Part shown: positions 1 to 12,528 of the stretch, piece after piece
Layout: every line of letters begins with the position of its first letter
How positions within the stretch are numbered: position 1 is the stretch's first letter
Assembly: GCF_003018235.1 (NCBI RefSeq)
Contig: NZ_CP027437.1
DNA from: Escherichia coli
GTDB lineage: Bacteria > Pseudomonadota > Gammaproteobacteria > Enterobacterales > Enterobacteriaceae
Direction: 5' to 3' (one strand)
Length of the DNA stretch: 64,000 nt
Position numbers and translations under genes: made by a program
Notes under the pieces: generated by a model
The model's database searches: none
Seen by the model: the letters and a program-made list of their open reading frames with translations, nothing else
Told to the model about the DNA's origin: nothing

Positions 1-2
1 AG

Positions 3-284
3 CGTCAGTATTGTCTGGAGAAAGGCGCGCCAGTCATCGAACAACATGCGGCGGATTTTGTCGCTAAACGTCTTGCTCCGGCATTACCGACTAATGACGG
101 TAAGCAAACCCCCATGCGCGGGCATCCGGTGTTTATCGCTCAGCACGCCACTGCAACCTGTTGTCGCGGTTGTCTGGCTAAGTGGCATAACATTCCGCAG
201 GGTGTTTCGTTAAGCGAGGAACAACAACGTTATATCGTGGCGGTAATCTATCACTGGTTGGTTATACAGATGAATCAGCCATGA
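3..284 (+). CDS. yneG: 3' end of a small conserved protein (DUF4186-like), partial at window edge
   Basis: Open frame from position 3 to TGA at 282-284; tail ...CCRGCLAKWHNIPQGVSLSEEQQRYIVAVIYHWLVIQMNQP. Assigned by synteny upstream of yneF-uxaB; sequence identity to YneG not verified. Confidence 0.55.
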   Translation, partial: RQYCLEKGAPVIEQHAADFVAKRLAPALPTNDGKQTPMRGHPVFIAQHATATCCRGCLAKWHNIPQGVSLSEEQQRYIVAVIYHWLVIQMNQP

Positions 285-422
285 TAATTGCGGAAAACGA
301 TAAAATAGCATTCCCAGGATATCTTTATTTGCCGCCGCTGTCAGCGAACATGCTATCCTTTATAAGAATTTACTTATTACGTTGAGATAATTGCCACCCG
401 CAATTGTATGGACAGATAATTA

Positions 423-1841
423 ATGCATGTACAGCCCATTTCAACTTTCCGTTTGTTCCAGGAAGGTCATCTGCTACGTAATAGCATCGCTATTTTTGCG
501 CTAACCACGCTGTTCTATTTTATTGGTGCAGAGTTACGGCTGGTTCACGAACTTTCTCTTTTCTGGCCGCTGAATGGCGTAATGGCGGGGGTGTTTGCCC
601 GCTATGTCTGGCTTAATCGACTGCATTACTATGCGATCAGTTATGTGGCAATGCTGGTTTATGATGCCATAACCACCGAATGGGGGCTGGTTTCACTGGC
701 TATCAATTTCTCCAATATGATGTTTATTGTTACCGTCGCCTTACTGGTCGCGCGGGATAAGCGTCTGGGGAAAAATAAGTACGAGCCAGTAAGTGCCTTA
801 CGGCTATTTAATTACTGTCTGATTGCCGCATTATTATGCGCTATTGTCGGGGCGATTGGTTCGGTCAGTATTGATAGTCTGGATTTCTGGCCTTTGCTTG
901 CCGACTGGTTCAGTGAGCAATTCTCAACGGGCGTGTTGATAGTGCCTTGTATGCTGACGTTGGCAATTCCTGGAGTGCTGCCGCGCTTTAAAGCAGAACA
1001 GATGATGCCCGCTATCGCGCTTATTGTGTCGGTTATTGCCTCGGTAGTCATTGGCGGAGCGGGGAGTCTGGCGTTCCCGCTGCCTGCATTAATCTGGTGT
1101 GCAGTGCGCTATACGCCGCAGGTAACATGTCTGTTGACCTTTGTCACCGGTGCGGTGGAAATCGTACTGGTGGCAAATTCGGTGATTGATATCTCGGTCG
1201 GTTCGCCATTCTCCATTCCAGAAATGTTCTCCGCACGTCTCGGTATTGCCACGATGGCGATATGCCCAATTATGGTTTCTTTTAGCGTGGCAGCGATCAA
1301 TTCGCTAATGAAGCAAGTTGCGCTGCGAGCCGACTTTGATTTTCTGACTCAGGTTTACTCACGGTCCGGTCTTTATGAGGCGCTGAAAAGTCCATCGCTG
1401 AAACAGACACAACATCTGACTGTCATGCTGCTTGATATCGACTATTTCAAAAGTATTAACGATAACTATGGACATGAATGTGGCGATAAAGTGTTAAGCG
1501 TGTTTGCAAGGCATATTCAGAAGATTGTCGGTGATAAGGGGCTGGTGGCACGAATGGGCGGCGAAGAATTTGCTGTTGCAGTGCCATCGGTGAATCCTGT
1601 CGATGGTCTGCTAATGGCGGAAAAAATCCGTAAAGGCGTTGAACTGCAACCGTTCACCTGGCAACAAAAAACGCTTTATCTCACGGTAAGTATTGGCGTC
1701 GGTAGTGGTCGCGCATCGTACCGAACGCTGACCGATGACTTTAATAAATTGATGGTCGAAGCCGATACGTGTCTGTATCGCTCGAAGAAAGATGGGCGCA
1801 ACCGTACCAGCACTATGTGTTACGGTGAGGAAGTTGTCTGA
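423..1841 (+). CDS. dgcF: Membrane-anchored diguanylate cyclase (GGDEF domain, GGEEF motif)
   Basis: 472-aa ORF; N-terminal multi-TM region then GGDEF domain with RMGGEEF. Start codon uncertain. Confidence 0.85.
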   Translation: MHVQPISTFRLFQEGHLLRNSIAIFALTTLFYFIGAELRLVHELSLFWPLNGVMAGVFARYVWLNRLHYYAISYVAMLVYDAITTEWGLVSLAINFSNMMFIVTVALLVARDKRLGKNKYEPVSALRLFNYCLIAALLCAIVGAIGSVSIDSLDFWPLLADWFSEQFSTGVLIVPCMLTLAIPGVLPRFKAEQMMPAIALIVSVIASVVIGGAGSLAFPLPALIWCAVRYTPQVTCLLTFVTGAVEIVLVANSVIDISVGSPFSIPEMFSARLGIATMAICPIMVSFSVAAINSLMKQVALRADFDFLTQVYSRSGLYEALKSPSLKQTQHLTVMLLDIDYFKSINDNYGHECGDKVLSVFARHIQKIVGDKGLVARMGGEEFAVAVPSVNPVDGLLMAEKIRKGVELQPFTWQQKTLYLTVSIGVGSGRASYRTLTDDFNKLMVEADTCLYRSKKDGRNRTSTMCYGEEVV

Positions 1842-2067
1842 CATCTTTATTCATTCAGAGCGATTTAAATGCAATGTGTTCTACCACTTTATGATCCAAG
1901 AAAAGGCGTTTTTCCTCGATTAAACCATGATCCGCGCCACACTTTTCTCATAAAACTGCTCATTAATCATCAGGAGTTGATCAAAACAGGGGTTCGGCGT
2001 ATTAAAGTTTGCTAACCTGTCGTACCAATTCAAACAGGTTGTATGACTAATCAGAAGGGAACCCATT

Positions 2068-3519
2068 GTGAAAACACTAAATCGTCGCGATTTTCCCGGT
2101 GCACAGTATCCAGAACGTATCATTCAGTTTGGTGAAGGTAACTTCCTGCGCGCCTTTGTTGACTGGCAAATCGATCTCCTGAATGAGCACACCGATCTGA
2201 ATTCTGGCGTGGTCGTTGTTCGTCCGATTGAAACTTCATTCCCGCCGTCACTGAGCACGCAGGATGGTCTGTATACCACCATTATCCGTGGCCTGAATGA
2301 GAAGGGTGAAGCGGTCAGCGACGCGCGTCTGATTCGCTCGGTTAATCGTGAAATCAGCGTCTACAGTGAATACGATGAATTCCTGAAACTGGCGCATAAC
2401 CCGGAAATGCGCTTTGTTTTCTCTAACACCACCGAAGCGGGTATCAGCTACCATGCGGGCGATAAATTCGATGACGCGCCAGCGGTAAGTTATCCGGCAA
2501 AACTGACCCGTCTGCTGTTCGAACGTTTTAGCCATTTCAACGGTGCGCTGGATAAAGGTTGGATCATCATCCCGTGTGAGTTGATCGACTACAATGGCGA
2601 CGCGTTGCGTGAACTTGTGCTGCGCTATGCGCAAGAGTGGGCACTACCAGAAGCATTTATTCAATGGCTGGATCAGGCTAACAGCTTCTGTTCTACGCTG
2701 GTGGACCGTATCGTTACCGGCTATCCGCGTGATGAAGTGGCTAAACTGGAAGAAGAACTGGGTTATCACGATGGTTTCCTCGACACCGCTGAACACTTTT
2801 ACCTGTTTGTGATTCAGGGGCCGAAATCCTTAGCGACTGAGCTGTGCCTGGACAAATATCCACTCAACGTGCTGATTGTTGACGATATTAAACCGTACAA
2901 AGAACGCAAAGTGGCAATCCTCAACGGTGCGCACACCGCGCTGGTGCCGGTGGCGTTCCAGGCAGGGCTGGATACCGTAGGTGAAGCGATGAACGATGCT
3001 GAAATTTGCGCATTCGTTGAAAAAGCCATCTACGAAGAAATTATTCCGGTACTGGATTTGCCTCGTGATGAACTGGAATCTTTCGCCAGTGCAGTCACCG
3101 GACGTTTCCGTAACCCGTACATCAAACATCAGTTGCTATCTATCGCCCTCAACGGTATGACCAAGTTCCGCACCCGCATCCTGCCGCAACTGCTGGCAGG
3201 GCAGAAGGCAAACGGCACACTTCCGGCGCGCCTGACTTTCGCATTAGCGGCATTGATTGCGTTTTATCGCGGTGAGCGTAATGGAGAAACATATCCGGTA
3301 CAGGACGATGCACACTGGCTGGAACGTTATCAGCAACTCTGGAGCCAGCATCGTGACCGTGTTATCGGTACCCAGGAACTGGTAGCGATTGTGTTGGCAG
3401 AAAAAGACCACTGGGAGCAGGACCTGACGCAAGTGCCTGGTCTGGTCGAGCAGGTGGCTAATGACCTGGATGTGATTCTCGAAAAAGGAATGCGCGAAGC
3501 TGTACGTCCGTTGTGCTAA
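2068..3519 (+). CDS. uxaB: Altronate oxidoreductase (tagaturonate reductase)
   Basis: 483-aa ORF matching UxaB throughout ([30 protein letters not shown]...); GTG start with AAGGGA SD upstream. Confidence 0.95.
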   Translation: MKTLNRRDFPGAQYPERIIQFGEGNFLRAFVDWQIDLLNEHTDLNSGVVVVRPIETSFPPSLSTQDGLYTTIIRGLNEKGEAVSDARLIRSVNREISVYSEYDEFLKLAHNPEMRFVFSNTTEAGISYHAGDKFDDAPAVSYPAKLTRLLFERFSHFNGALDKGWIIIPCELIDYNGDALRELVLRYAQEWALPEAFIQWLDQANSFCSTLVDRIVTGYPRDEVAKLEEELGYHDGFLDTAEHFYLFVIQGPKSLATELCLDKYPLNVLIVDDIKPYKERKVAILNGAHTALVPVAFQAGLDTVGEAMNDAEICAFVEKAIYEEIIPVLDLPRDELESFASAVTGRFRNPYIKHQLLSIALNGMTKFRTRILPQLLAGQKANGTLPARLTFALAALIAFYRGERNGETYPVQDDAHWLERYQQLWSQHRDRVIGTQELVAIVLAEKDHWEQDLTQVPGLVEQVANDLDVILEKGMREAVRPLC

Positions 3520-3526
3520 TACCCTG

Positions 3527-3555
3527 AACCCGGTTTCGACCGGGTTTCTTATTTC
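3527..3555 (+). terminator. Rho-independent terminator downstream of uxaB
   Basis: AACCCGGT-ttcg-ACCGGGTT hairpin followed by TCTTATTTC. Confidence 0.6.
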
Positions 3556-3715
3556 ACTATATTAGTTACAACATCCTATGTGCCTTAACCATTAACGGGT
3601 GCCATATGCCACACCTGTATATGTTGTAAGCTTGTAGGTAATTTGTAAGTAGTGTCTTGAGAATGTGATCGTAATCACGTTTAATAGGGCGACTTTTCCA
3701 AGCCTGAAGATAACC

Positions 3716-4630
3716 ATGATTGTTCGTCCACAACAACACTGGCTGCGCCGTATTTTTGTCTGGCACGGTTCAGTATTATCCAAGATATCCTCGCGCTTAC
3801 TACTCAATTTTCTCTTTTCTATCGCTGTTATTTTCATGCTGCCCTGGTACACGCATCTGGGCATCAAATTCACCCTCGCACCGTTCAGCATTCTCGGTGT
3901 CGCCATCGCCATTTTTCTTGGTTTTCGTAATAATGCCGGGTACGCCCGTTACGTTGAAGCGCGAAAACTTTGGGGGCAGTTGATGATTGCCTCACGGTCG
4001 TTACTGCGGGAGGTAAAAACGACATTGCCAGATTCGGCAAGTGTAAGGGAGTTTGCCCGGCTGCAAATCGCCTTCGCTCACTGTTTACGCATGACATTAC
4101 GCAAACAACCACAGGCGGAAGTGCTGGCTCAATATCTCAAGACGGAAGATCTTCAGCGTGTACTGGCTTCGAACTCTCCAGCTAACCGTATCTTGTTAAT
4201 AATGGGGGAGTGGTTGGCGGTTCAGCGCCGCAATGGACAGCTTTCAGATATCCTGTTTATTAGCCTCAACGATCGGCTTAATGATATTTCAGCGGTTCTG
4301 GCAGGCTGCGAGCGCATTGCCTATACGCCAATTCCCTTTGCCTACACCCTGATTTTGCATCGTACCGTTTATCTGTTTTGTATCATGCTGCCGTTCGCGC
4401 TGGTCGTGGACCTGCATTACATGACGCCTTTTATCTCTGTGCTGATTTCCTACACTTTTATTTCGCTGGATTGTCTGGCGGAAGAACTGGAAGATCCGTT
4501 CGGTACTGAAAACAATGATTTACCGCTGGATGCCATCTGCAACGCTATTGAAATTGACCTGTTACAGATGAACGATGAAACAGAAATTCCAGCAAAAATT
4601 CTTCCCGATCGTCATTACCAGCTGACGTAA
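3716..4630 (+). CDS. yneE: Bestrophin-family membrane protein
   Basis: ORF 3665..4630; preferred start ATG 3716 (MIVRPQQHWLRRIF...) giving 304 aa as recalled for YneE. Confidence 0.85.
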   Translation: MIVRPQQHWLRRIFVWHGSVLSKISSRLLLNFLFSIAVIFMLPWYTHLGIKFTLAPFSILGVAIAIFLGFRNNAGYARYVEARKLWGQLMIASRSLLREVKTTLPDSASVREFARLQIAFAHCLRMTLRKQPQAEVLAQYLKTEDLQRVLASNSPANRILLIMGEWLAVQRRNGQLSDILFISLNDRLNDISAVLAGCERIAYTPIPFAYTLILHRTVYLFCIMLPFALVVDLHYMTPFISVLISYTFISLDCLAEELEDPFGTENNDLPLDAICNAIEIDLLQMNDETEIPAKILPDRHYQLT

Positions 4631-4633
4631 TAT

Positions 4634-5392
4634 TTAATCCGTACGCCGGGCAACAATAAACAGACGCGGAAATGCCAGCAGTATCTCTCCGTTCTCTTGC
4701 AGTGGATACTGCTCTTCCAGCATCTGATGGTAGCGCGTAAGAAAATGCTGCTGTTCGCTCTCGGTCAGATCCTGTAACCACGGACGTAATCCGGTGGCGG
4801 TCACCCAATCGATAATCGCCTGGTGCGACGGCATCTGGTGATAGTAGGTGGTTCGCCAGATATCGACCTCACATCCGGCTTCGCTCAAAATATCGTAGTA
4901 AGCATGAACGCCAGCCAGCGGCTCACGCCCGCGATCCGGGTAGTTTTGTTCCCAGGCAACTTCGCGCATGAGCACATGGGTCGGCTCTAGCCAGTTATCT
5001 GGCATCTGTACTGCCAACACACCCTGCGGATTAAGTAAAGAAACCAGATGAGGGAACAATTCGTAGTGGTCGGGCAGCCATTGCAGTGAGGCATTAGCAA
5101 AAATCAGATCGAGTGCCTGTTCCGGTTGCCAGTTGCGGATGTCTGCTTCCACGAACTGGCAGTCTGGCAAAGCACTGCGCGCTTCAGCAATCATCGCCGG
5201 AGACGAGTCGATGCCTGTTATCCTGGCCGCAGGCCAACGTTGATGCAGCAGGGCGGTGCTGTTACCTGGGCCACAGCCAAGATCGGCAACGTATTCGATA
5301 TTTTCCAGCGGCACTCTGGCAAGCAGCTCCACCGCCGGACGCGATCGTTCAGCGGCAAAGTGCAGATATAAAGAGGGGTTCCAGTCAGACAT
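4634..5392 (-). CDS. tam: Trans-aconitate 2-methyltransferase
   Basis: 252-aa ORF, SAM-MTase motif [10 protein letters not shown]; located directly downstream of lsrG on the same strand. Confidence 0.95.
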   Translation of the reverse strand: MSDWNPSLYLHFAAERSRPAVELLARVPLENIEYVADLGCGPGNSTALLHQRWPAARITGIDSSPAMIAEARSALPDCQFVEADIRNWQPEQALDLIFANASLQWLPDHYELFPHLVSLLNPQGVLAVQMPDNWLEPTHVLMREVAWEQNYPDRGREPLAGVHAYYDILSEAGCEVDIWRTTYYHQMPSHQAIIDWVTATGLRPWLQDLTESEQQHFLTRYHQMLEEQYPLQENGEILLAFPRLFIVARRTD

Positions 5393-5448
5393 TTTTTTAC
5401 TCCCGTCAGCGCGTTACCCCAATTGTAGATAAAATTGATAAATTCGCC

Positions 5449-5739
5449 TCACGGCATCAACCCATTGAACAGACGTTTTTTACGCGGCCCGGTCATTAAA
5501 GATTCCAGTTTCGCGACACAGGTTTTGTAGTGGGGCGTGGTTTTATGGAACGCCACTGCGTCTTCATCTTTATAGGCTTCGTAGATAAAAAAGCGCGAAT
5601 TCACTTCCGGGTCCTGTAAGACATCGAAGCGCAAATTGCCTTCTTCCTGTACCGAGCCCAGGTGGTTCTGGCGAAAAACTTCGATAAACTCGTCAACCTT
5701 GTCTTCATGAACGTTAATTTCAACCAGTGTGACGTGCAT
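5449..5739 (-). CDS. lsrG: (4S)-4-hydroxy-5-phosphonooxypentane-2,3-dione isomerase (AI-2 degradation)
   Basis: 96-aa ABM-fold ORF at the end of the lsr operon. Confidence 0.9.
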   Translation of the reverse strand: MHVTLVEINVHEDKVDEFIEVFRQNHLGSVQEEGNLRFDVLQDPEVNSRFFIYEAYKDEDAVAFHKTTPHYKTCVAKLESLMTGPRKKRLFNGLMP

Positions 5740-5762
5740 AATTCTTCTCCTTAATTCCGCAG

Positions 5763-6638
5763 TTACTGTTTTTCACTCAGATAGAGTTCATATGCCCGAT
5801 CAGCCGTTTCGTTATGGTGTACCACCGCCTGTACGGCTTTCATCATCGCCACCGGATGGTCAGACTGGAAAATATTACGCCCCATATCCACACCAGAAGC
5901 GCCCTGATCGATAGCCTGCCAGCACATTTCCAGCGCCTCGCGCTCCGGTAATTTTTTACCGCCAGCAATAACAATGGGTACCGGACATCCGGCAACAATC
6001 CGTTCAAAACCTTTTTCGACATAATAGGTTTTGATAATTTGCGCCCCCATTTCAGCGGCGATTCGAGTCGCGAGCGAGAAATAACGCTGATCGCGCACCA
6101 TATCTTTGCCCACGCCAGTCACGGCCATGGTCGGCATTCCCACTTTCATTCCGGCATCGATCAGCTGAATAATATTTTTGATCGATTGATGTTCATATTC
6201 GCTGCCGATATAAACCTGCGCCGCCACCGCGCAACTGTTCAGGCGCACGGCGTCATCCATCGATAACGCCACGGCTTCATTACTTAATTCCGCCAGAATA
6301 GAGTTCGCACCTGACGCCCGCAGTACCACCGGCTTATTGGTTGCAGGGGGGACTACGCTGCGCAAAATGCCGCGCGTACACATTAATACATCGGCATGTT
6401 CAAACAGCGGGGCGATATTTATATCAATGCGTTCAAGTCCGGTAGTCGGCCCCTGAAAATAACCATGGTCAAAGGCCAGCATCACGGTTTTACCCGTTTT
6501 CGGATTAAATATCCGTGATAAGCGTGACTGCATTCCCCAATCCAGCGCACCGCAACCTTTCAGGGTAAAAGGGATATTTTGTTGCGGTTGATCGGTACGA
6601 AAATCTTTACCATCTTTAATATCGTCTAAATCTGCCAT
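5763..6638 (-). CDS. lsrF: 3-hydroxy-5-phosphonooxypentane-2,4-dione thiolase (aldolase-like)
   Basis: 291-aa ORF, class I aldolase-like; operon context. Confidence 0.9.
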   Translation of the reverse strand: MADLDDIKDGKDFRTDQPQQNIPFTLKGCGALDWGMQSRLSRIFNPKTGKTVMLAFDHGYFQGPTTGLERIDINIAPLFEHADVLMCTRGILRSVVPPATNKPVVLRASGANSILAELSNEAVALSMDDAVRLNSCAVAAQVYIGSEYEHQSIKNIIQLIDAGMKVGMPTMAVTGVGKDMVRDQRYFSLATRIAAEMGAQIIKTYYVEKGFERIVAGCPVPIVIAGGKKLPEREALEMCWQAIDQGASGVDMGRNIFQSDHPVAMMKAVQAVVHHNETADRAYELYLSEKQ

Positions 6639-6664
6639 AACGTACTCCGGTTAAGTAATGCACA

Positions 6665-7687
6665 TCAGAAATCGTATTTGCCGATATTCTCTTTGTTGAA
6701 TATCACGCGCTCCGGTAACAGTACGATGCCATTACCATCCGCTTCGTAGTCATAGCCCTGAACGCTGTTTGGCGAGACTTCCACCTGACCTACGCCCTGG
6801 ATATCCAGCTTGTCGCCCGTTTTCATTGATCCTTTTTTCAATAATGCATCCGCGACATAAACTGAAATTTTGCCTTGCTGAACCACATCCCACAGGCCAA
6901 ATTCTTTCACCGTGCCGCGCTCTACATACGGGCGCATCACATTTGGCGTACTGAATCCGACAATCGCAACTTTGTCATTTTTCAGGTTTTCTGCGGCTTG
7001 TGCGGCAGCGGGCAGGGCGTTGGCATCGGGGGCGATAATGGCGTCGAGATCGCTATACGCTTTTAATATTCCTTCTGCGGTTTGTAATGATTTAGTGGCA
7101 TCGTTATAGCCAAACTGCGTAGTGACAATTTCCCAGCCAGGATGCTCTTTGGCGATTTTCGCTTTCGCTTCTTTCACCCACTGGTTTTGGTCCGTAACGG
7201 TGGGGCTTGAGTAGAAAAACGCGACTTTGGCTTTGTCTTTATTCACCTGACGCGCCGCCATATCCACCAACATACCTCCCAACTGGGCGGGCGTTCCCTG
7301 ATTAATGTAGTAAGAGCGGCACTCCGGTTTGGTATCAGAGTCCCAGGTCAGCACTCTCACACCACGTTGCATGGCGCGTTTCAGTGCCGGACACAAGCCA
7401 TCAGGCGAAACCGCAGAAACGATAATGGCGTTATACCCCTGATTGACGAAGTTATTAATCAACTGTACCTGACCAGAAACACTGGGTTCTGTCGGCCCGT
7501 CGTAGGTCACATCAACGCCCAGCTCTTTACCCGCTTGTTGTGCGCCGTTGCCACCGCTGGTAAAAAATCCTACGCCAACCAGTTTGGGAATAAATGCAAT
7601 ACGCTCTGCCGCCTGCACATTCATAGAGATTACGGCAATGCCAAGCGCGCTAAGTAAGGCGATTTTCTTAAAGCGATGAAGTGTCAT
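6665..7687 (-). CDS. lsrB: AI-2 periplasmic binding protein
   Basis: 340-aa ORF with signal peptide, sugar-binding-protein fold; lsr operon context. Confidence 0.9.
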   Translation of the reverse strand: MTLHRFKKIALLSALGIAVISMNVQAAERIAFIPKLVGVGFFTSGGNGAQQAGKELGVDVTYDGPTEPSVSGQVQLINNFVNQGYNAIIVSAVSPDGLCPALKRAMQRGVRVLTWDSDTKPECRSYYINQGTPAQLGGMLVDMAARQVNKDKAKVAFFYSSPTVTDQNQWVKEAKAKIAKEHPGWEIVTTQFGYNDATKSLQTAEGILKAYSDLDAIIAPDANALPAAAQAAENLKNDKVAIVGFSTPNVMRPYVERGTVKEFGLWDVVQQGKISVYVADALLKKGSMKTGDKLDIQGVGQVEVSPNSVQGYDYEADGNGIVLLPERVIFNKENIGKYDF

Positions 7688-7698
7688 GAAGATATCCT

Positions 7699-8691
7699 TT
7701 ATGGCAATGGGTTATTGGCCCGACGCGCCAGCCACTCTTTAATTTGCTGGCGATGCAGGCTAACGGAACGACCTACGACAACGACGATAAGTAGCGCACC
7801 GGAAAGGGCGCTGGACACCTGATTTGGCACTCCTGCCATTTGCAAACCTTGTTGCAAATATCCCACTAATAAAACCGCAATGGCGGTGCCGATAATGGAA
7901 CCAGAACCACCATAAATATTGGCACCGCCGAGCACTACGGCGGTGATGGCGGGCATCAGAAACGACGCACCGAGATCGGAACGTGCTGAACCAAAATACG
8001 ATACCAGCAGCACAGCGGCGACCGCAGACGCCAGCCCCGTCATGGCATAGAGCGCACATAAGGTGCGGTTAACTGGAATCGCGCTATAAACCGCCACACG
8101 CGGGCTTTGCCCAATTAAAAACACGTTACGTCCGGCATGGGTTTTATGCAGCCAGAGCCAGAAAACGAGGAGACATATCAGGAAGATAATCAGCGGAACG
8201 GGGAGTCCCAGTACATCCAGGTTAGCGAAATCTGTAAACGCCATCGGGAATCCACCAATACCTTCGTACCCCGTCGCTCCGGCCATCCCGGAAAGCAGCA
8301 GGGCGCTTCCGGCAAACAGATACAGCGTGCCAAGCGTAATCACCAGCGGGTTAACTTTGGTATAGATAATTAATCCGGCGTTGATCAGCCCGCACAATGC
8401 GCCGAGCAGTAAGGTCAGGAGAATCGCCAGCGGCATCGGCACACGACTTTGAAACAGTACGCCCAATGCAATGGCGCAGAGGCCGATAGTCGAACCAAAC
8501 GAAATATCGATCCCACCACTGACAATCACCATCGTCAGCGGTAGGGCGACAATGCCAATGCAGATAAAGTCACTGGTGCTGAACAGCAACATATTGAGAT
8601 CTAACATCCGCGGGTTAATTGCACCAAATGCTACAATCTCAATAACGAGCAGTGCGGCAAGAGCCAGTTCCCAACCGTAGCGAATACGCAT
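7699..8691 (-). CDS. lsrD: AI-2 ABC transporter permease
   Basis: 330-aa polytopic permease; 1-nt overlap with lsrC. Confidence 0.9.
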   Translation of the reverse strand: MRIRYGWELALAALLVIEIVAFGAINPRMLDLNMLLFSTSDFICIGIVALPLTMVIVSGGIDISFGSTIGLCAIALGVLFQSRVPMPLAILLTLLLGALCGLINAGLIIYTKVNPLVITLGTLYLFAGSALLLSGMAGATGYEGIGGFPMAFTDFANLDVLGLPVPLIIFLICLLVFWLWLHKTHAGRNVFLIGQSPRVAVYSAIPVNRTLCALYAMTGLASAVAAVLLVSYFGSARSDLGASFLMPAITAVVLGGANIYGGSGSIIGTAIAVLLVGYLQQGLQMAGVPNQVSSALSGALLIVVVVGRSVSLHRQQIKEWLARRANNPLP

Positions 8692-9719
8692 TATGCAGCC
8701 TCCCGTTTTTTACCTGACGAAGCGGGTTTAACGGATGGCGGTGGTGTCATAAAGCGGGCATATTTTTGCCGCCGCAGATTACGTTCCAGCGCACAACGCA
8801 GGCGTCCATCAAACACCAGCACCGCCAGCAGCACGAGGCCCGCGATAAAATCGTTCCACCATGCCGGAATGCGCAACAGCACCAGTACACTATCGATCTG
8901 CGTCAGGAACCATGCGCCTAATACCGCACCGATGATCGCGCCGGAACCGCCGAGCAAACTAATGCCGCCCAGCACGCAGGCTGCAATTGCTTTCATCTCC
9001 AGCCCGGTACCGGTCTGGTTGGGGATAAAACCAATCTGCGAAGCAAACACAATTCCCGCCAGTGCCGCCATGCAGCCGTTCAACGAAAATGCCACAATGC
9101 GAATGGCTTCCGTACGAACGCCCAGTTGACGAGCGCCCTGTAAATTATCGCCCGTGACATAAAAACTGCGTCCAAACGCCGTCTTTGCCAGCAGCCAGGC
9201 CATAAATGCCACCAGAATTATCGTCAACCAACCAATCGCGGAAACGCCAAACAGCAGCGGTGCGGAGAGCTGTTTCAGTTCGGCGGGTAACCCTTCAATC
9301 CATTTGCCGCCAGTCCACAGCAACATGATGCCTCTGTACAACCCTAACGTGCCAAGGGTGGCAACAATGGCAGGGATCTTTAGCCACGCGACCAGGACAC
9401 CGTTGAAAAATCCCGCGAGCAAACCAAGCAGTAAAGTCGCGACACAGGCAACAGGTAGTGAATATCCTGCGTTCAGTAACATCCCCAACAGCACCGCGCA
9501 CATTCCGGTAATCGAACCCACTGAAACATCAATATTGCGCGTAAGCATTACCAGCGTCGCGCCCATTGCCAGCAGGATCAGGATTTGCGCGCTGCTATAA
9601 ACCATGGTCAGCGTTTGCACACTTAAATACTGGCGGTCGAGAAAACCGGGTAATACAAACAGCAGCACCACCGCCAGCAGTGCTGTGATTTCACGGTTGT
9701 TCTGAATAAATTTCAGCAT
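8691..9719 (-). CDS. lsrC: AI-2 ABC transporter permease
   Basis: 342-aa polytopic permease; overlaps lsrA by 7 nt. Confidence 0.9.
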   Translation of the reverse strand: MLKFIQNNREITALLAVVLLFVLPGFLDRQYLSVQTLTMVYSSAQILILLAMGATLVMLTRNIDVSVGSITGMCAVLLGMLLNAGYSLPVACVATLLLGLLAGFFNGVLVAWLKIPAIVATLGTLGLYRGIMLLWTGGKWIEGLPAELKQLSAPLLFGVSAIGWLTIILVAFMAWLLAKTAFGRSFYVTGDNLQGARQLGVRTEAIRIVAFSLNGCMAALAGIVFASQIGFIPNQTGTGLEMKAIAACVLGGISLLGGSGAIIGAVLGAWFLTQIDSVLVLLRIPAWWNDFIAGLVLLAVLVFDGRLRCALERNLRRQKYARFMTPPPSVKPASSGKKREAA

Positions 9720-11248
9720 GACGCCTCCTGACGCTGACTATCGCCGAAGGCAACGCGCATAATGGTCTCGACATTAATATCGCGTCCGGTCAGTGCAGAG
9801 TGGGCAATTTCGCCCTGATGCATCACATATACGCGATCTGCCATCAGTTCGATCTCTTCCAGATCAGAGGAGATAAGCAGCACTGCCACATTCTGTGCGG
9901 CGATGCTGCGCAACAGCTGGTAGATATCATTACGGGCTGAGACATCCACGCCGCGCGTCGGCTCATCGACAATCAATACTTGCGGCGAGGCTTCCAGACA
10001 TTTGGCAATCAGGATTTTTTGCTGGTTGCCGCCGGATAAGGTCCGCGCAGCTTGTTCCGGTTGGTTAAATTTAATATTCAGCGCCCGACGATAACGTTCC
10101 AGTGTGGCGCTATCTTTCGCGGTTTTCGCCCAGAATCCACGAAGGTTATGAGTAAGGGCGCAGACGTTCCAGGCCAGCGAAGCATCGAGATTCAGTCCGG
10201 ATGACTGGCGATCTTCCGGCAGATAAACCAGACCGCGCAGTAAACGTTCTCCAGTGGATAATTTATTGATCTCTTTACCATTCAGCATAATGCGTCCGCC
10301 ACGCAAAGTACGCAGACCATAGAGCGTCTCGGCCAGTTCTGTGCGTCCGGCCCCCACCAGCCCAGCCAGACCCAGAATTTCTCCGGCATTAAGCGTCAGG
10401 CTGACATTCATAAAACCTTCGCCGGTCAGGTTTTCCAGTGTCAGCACCGGCGTTCCGGCGGCATGTTGTGGGCGGTTGCTAGGTAACTCCAGCCATAATT
10501 TTTGGCTGGCAGAGAGCGATTTTTCCCGTAGCGCTGGCGTGATGGCCTGAATAATGTCGTCGGTAGACAGTTCGCTGGTTTTGCCGCTTAAGGCGATAGT
10601 TCCGTCGCGCATCACGCTAATCCGATCGGCAATCTGGCGAATTTCCGGCAGCTTATGCGAGATAAAAACAATACCCACGCCAGTAGCAAGCAGCTCTTGC
10701 AAGCGAGTAAACAAGCGTTCGGTTTCCGCAGGGGTAAGCGAGGCGGTAGGTTCATCGAGGATCAGAATCCGCGAGTCGCGCATCAGCCCGCGGAGGATTT
10801 CCACCATTTGGCGATCGGCGACATCCAGAGATCCTGCCAGACTATGCAGATCAAACTGGCAGCCCAGCGCCGCCAGCAAGTTCTTCATTTTCTGCATGGA
10901 GAGCTGTTTTTTTGCCAGCCCAAACAGGATGTTTTCTTTTATCGACAGGCTTGGGAAAAGCAGCGGTTCCTGGGGAACGAGATAAATACCCAGCTGATGA
11001 GCATGAACTGGCGTTAATCTGGCGTAGTAGTTGCCCCCAATCTCCAGCGTACCGCTATCAGCAGGGGTAATACCGGCAATAATCTTCATTAACGTCGATT
11101 TACCGGCACCATTGCCGCCGAGCAGGGCGTGGACCTCCCCCTGATGCAACGTAAAATCGATGCCTTTCAGGACATTGACCCCTGAATACTGTTTATAAAC
11201 CGAGCGGGCGCAAAGTAGCGGTAACGCGCGGGTATCACTCGTTTGCAT
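9713..11248 (-). CDS. lsrA: AI-2 ABC transporter ATP-binding protein (duplicated ATPase)
   Basis: 511-aa ORF with two Walker A motifs (GGNGAGKST; second cassette). Confidence 0.95.
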   Translation of the reverse strand: MQTSDTRALPLLCARSVYKQYSGVNVLKGIDFTLHQGEVHALLGGNGAGKSTLMKIIAGITPADSGTLEIGGNYYARLTPVHAHQLGIYLVPQEPLLFPSLSIKENILFGLAKKQLSMQKMKNLLAALGCQFDLHSLAGSLDVADRQMVEILRGLMRDSRILILDEPTASLTPAETERLFTRLQELLATGVGIVFISHKLPEIRQIADRISVMRDGTIALSGKTSELSTDDIIQAITPALREKSLSASQKLWLELPSNRPQHAAGTPVLTLENLTGEGFMNVSLTLNAGEILGLAGLVGAGRTELAETLYGLRTLRGGRIMLNGKEINKLSTGERLLRGLVYLPEDRQSSGLNLDASLAWNVCALTHNLRGFWAKTAKDSATLERYRRALNIKFNQPEQAARTLSGGNQQKILIAKCLEASPQVLIVDEPTRGVDVSARNDIYQLLRSIAAQNVAVLLISSDLEEIELMADRVYVMHQGEIAHSALTGRDINVETIMRVAFGDSQRQEASC

Positions 11249-11412
11249 ATTTCCCCCGTTCAGTTTTGCAGGTGAGTTTTGAACAAATGTATTTCTGCTT
11301 TTAATTTGTTCATAACCTTAGGTGGACATTGCACATATTTCCGACGAATAGATCACAATTTATGCTATTTTGATTTTCACGGTTGCGTTTGTTCATGCTC
11401 GTAGAGTCAAAC

Positions 11413-11428
11413 TGTGGTTGCCATCACA
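11413..11428. promoter_or_regulatory. Putative CRP site in the lsrR/lsrA divergent promoter region
   Basis: TGTGG-ttgcca-TCACA matches TGTGA-N6-TCACA; the lsr operon is known to be cAMP-CRP dependent. Exact site is inferred. Confidence 0.5.
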
Positions 11429-11496
11429 GATATAAATGCGCAAGAACTGAACAATTGCATTAAAGATTTAAGTATGTTCAAAGTGAAGAATGAATT

Positions 11497-12450
11497 ATGA
11501 CAATCAACGATTCGGTAATTTCAGAACAGGGAATGTGTGAAGAAGAACAGGTCGCGCGGATTGCGTGGTTTTACTACCACGACGGGCTGACCCAGAGTGA
11601 GATCAGCGATCGTCTCGGCCTGACCCGTTTGAAAGTGTCGCGATTACTGGAGAAAGGGCATCAATCCGGCATTATTCGCGTACAGATTAATTCTCGCTTT
11701 GAAGGCTGTCTGGAATATGAAACACAATTACGTCGTCAGTTTTCGCTGCAACATGTCCGGGTGATCCCAGGGCTTGCGGATGCTGATGTCGGCGGGCGAC
11801 TAGGGATAGGCGCGGCGCATATGTTGATGAGTTTACTTCAACCACAACAGATGCTGGCGATTGGTTTTGGCGAGGCAACCATGAATACGCTGCAACGCTT
11901 AAGTGGTTTTATTTCGTCACAGCAAATTCGACTGGTCACGCTCTCCGGTGGAGTCGGTTCTTATATGACGGGTATCGGGCAGCTTAACGCGGCGTGCAGT
12001 GTGAATATTATTCCGGCTCCGTTGCGGGCATCCTCCGCTGACATTGCCCGTACGCTAAAAAATGAAAATTGCGTCAAAGATGTTCTGCTAGCCGCGCAAG
12101 CAGCGGATGTGGCGATTGTCGGCATTGGGGCTGTGAGTCAACAAGACGACGCAACAATCATTCGCTCCGGCTATATCAGCCAGGGCGAACAGTTAATGAT
12201 TGGTCGAAAAGGGGCTGTTGGCGACATTTTAGGCTACTTTTTTGATGCAAAAGGTGACGTTGTCACGGATATCAAAATACATAACGAACTGATTGGCTTA
12301 CCTTTAAGCGCGCTGAAGACTATTCCCGTCCGGGTTGGCGTGGCAGGGGGAGAAAATAAAGCCGAAGCAATTGCCGCTGCAATGAAAGGCGGTTATATCA
12401 ACGCACTGGTTACCGATCAGGATACTGCAGCGGCGATTTTACGTAGTTAA
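11497..12450 (+). CDS. lsrR: Lsr operon transcriptional repressor (SorC family)
   Basis: 317-aa ORF, N-terminal HTH; divergent from lsrA. Confidence 0.95.
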   Translation: MTINDSVISEQGMCEEEQVARIAWFYYHDGLTQSEISDRLGLTRLKVSRLLEKGHQSGIIRVQINSRFEGCLEYETQLRRQFSLQHVRVIPGLADADVGGRLGIGAAHMLMSLLQPQQMLAIGFGEATMNTLQRLSGFISSQQIRLVTLSGGVGSYMTGIGQLNAACSVNIIPAPLRASSADIARTLKNENCVKDVLLAAQAADVAIVGIGAVSQQDDATIIRSGYISQGEQLMIGRKGAVGDILGYFFDAKGDVVTDIKIHNELIGLPLSALKTIPVRVGVAGGENKAEAIAAAMKGGYINALVTDQDTAAAILRS

Positions 12451-12528
12451 ATTTGCATGACCTTATTACCGGGAATGATGGAGAACGTACAGAGGAACAG
12501 ACAGAACGCATAAGCCGAGGATAATCTA

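Noticed and set aside
2248-2634. 128-aa antisense ORF inside uxaB
   Set aside because: Fully nested antisense in a conserved enzyme gene; no independent support.
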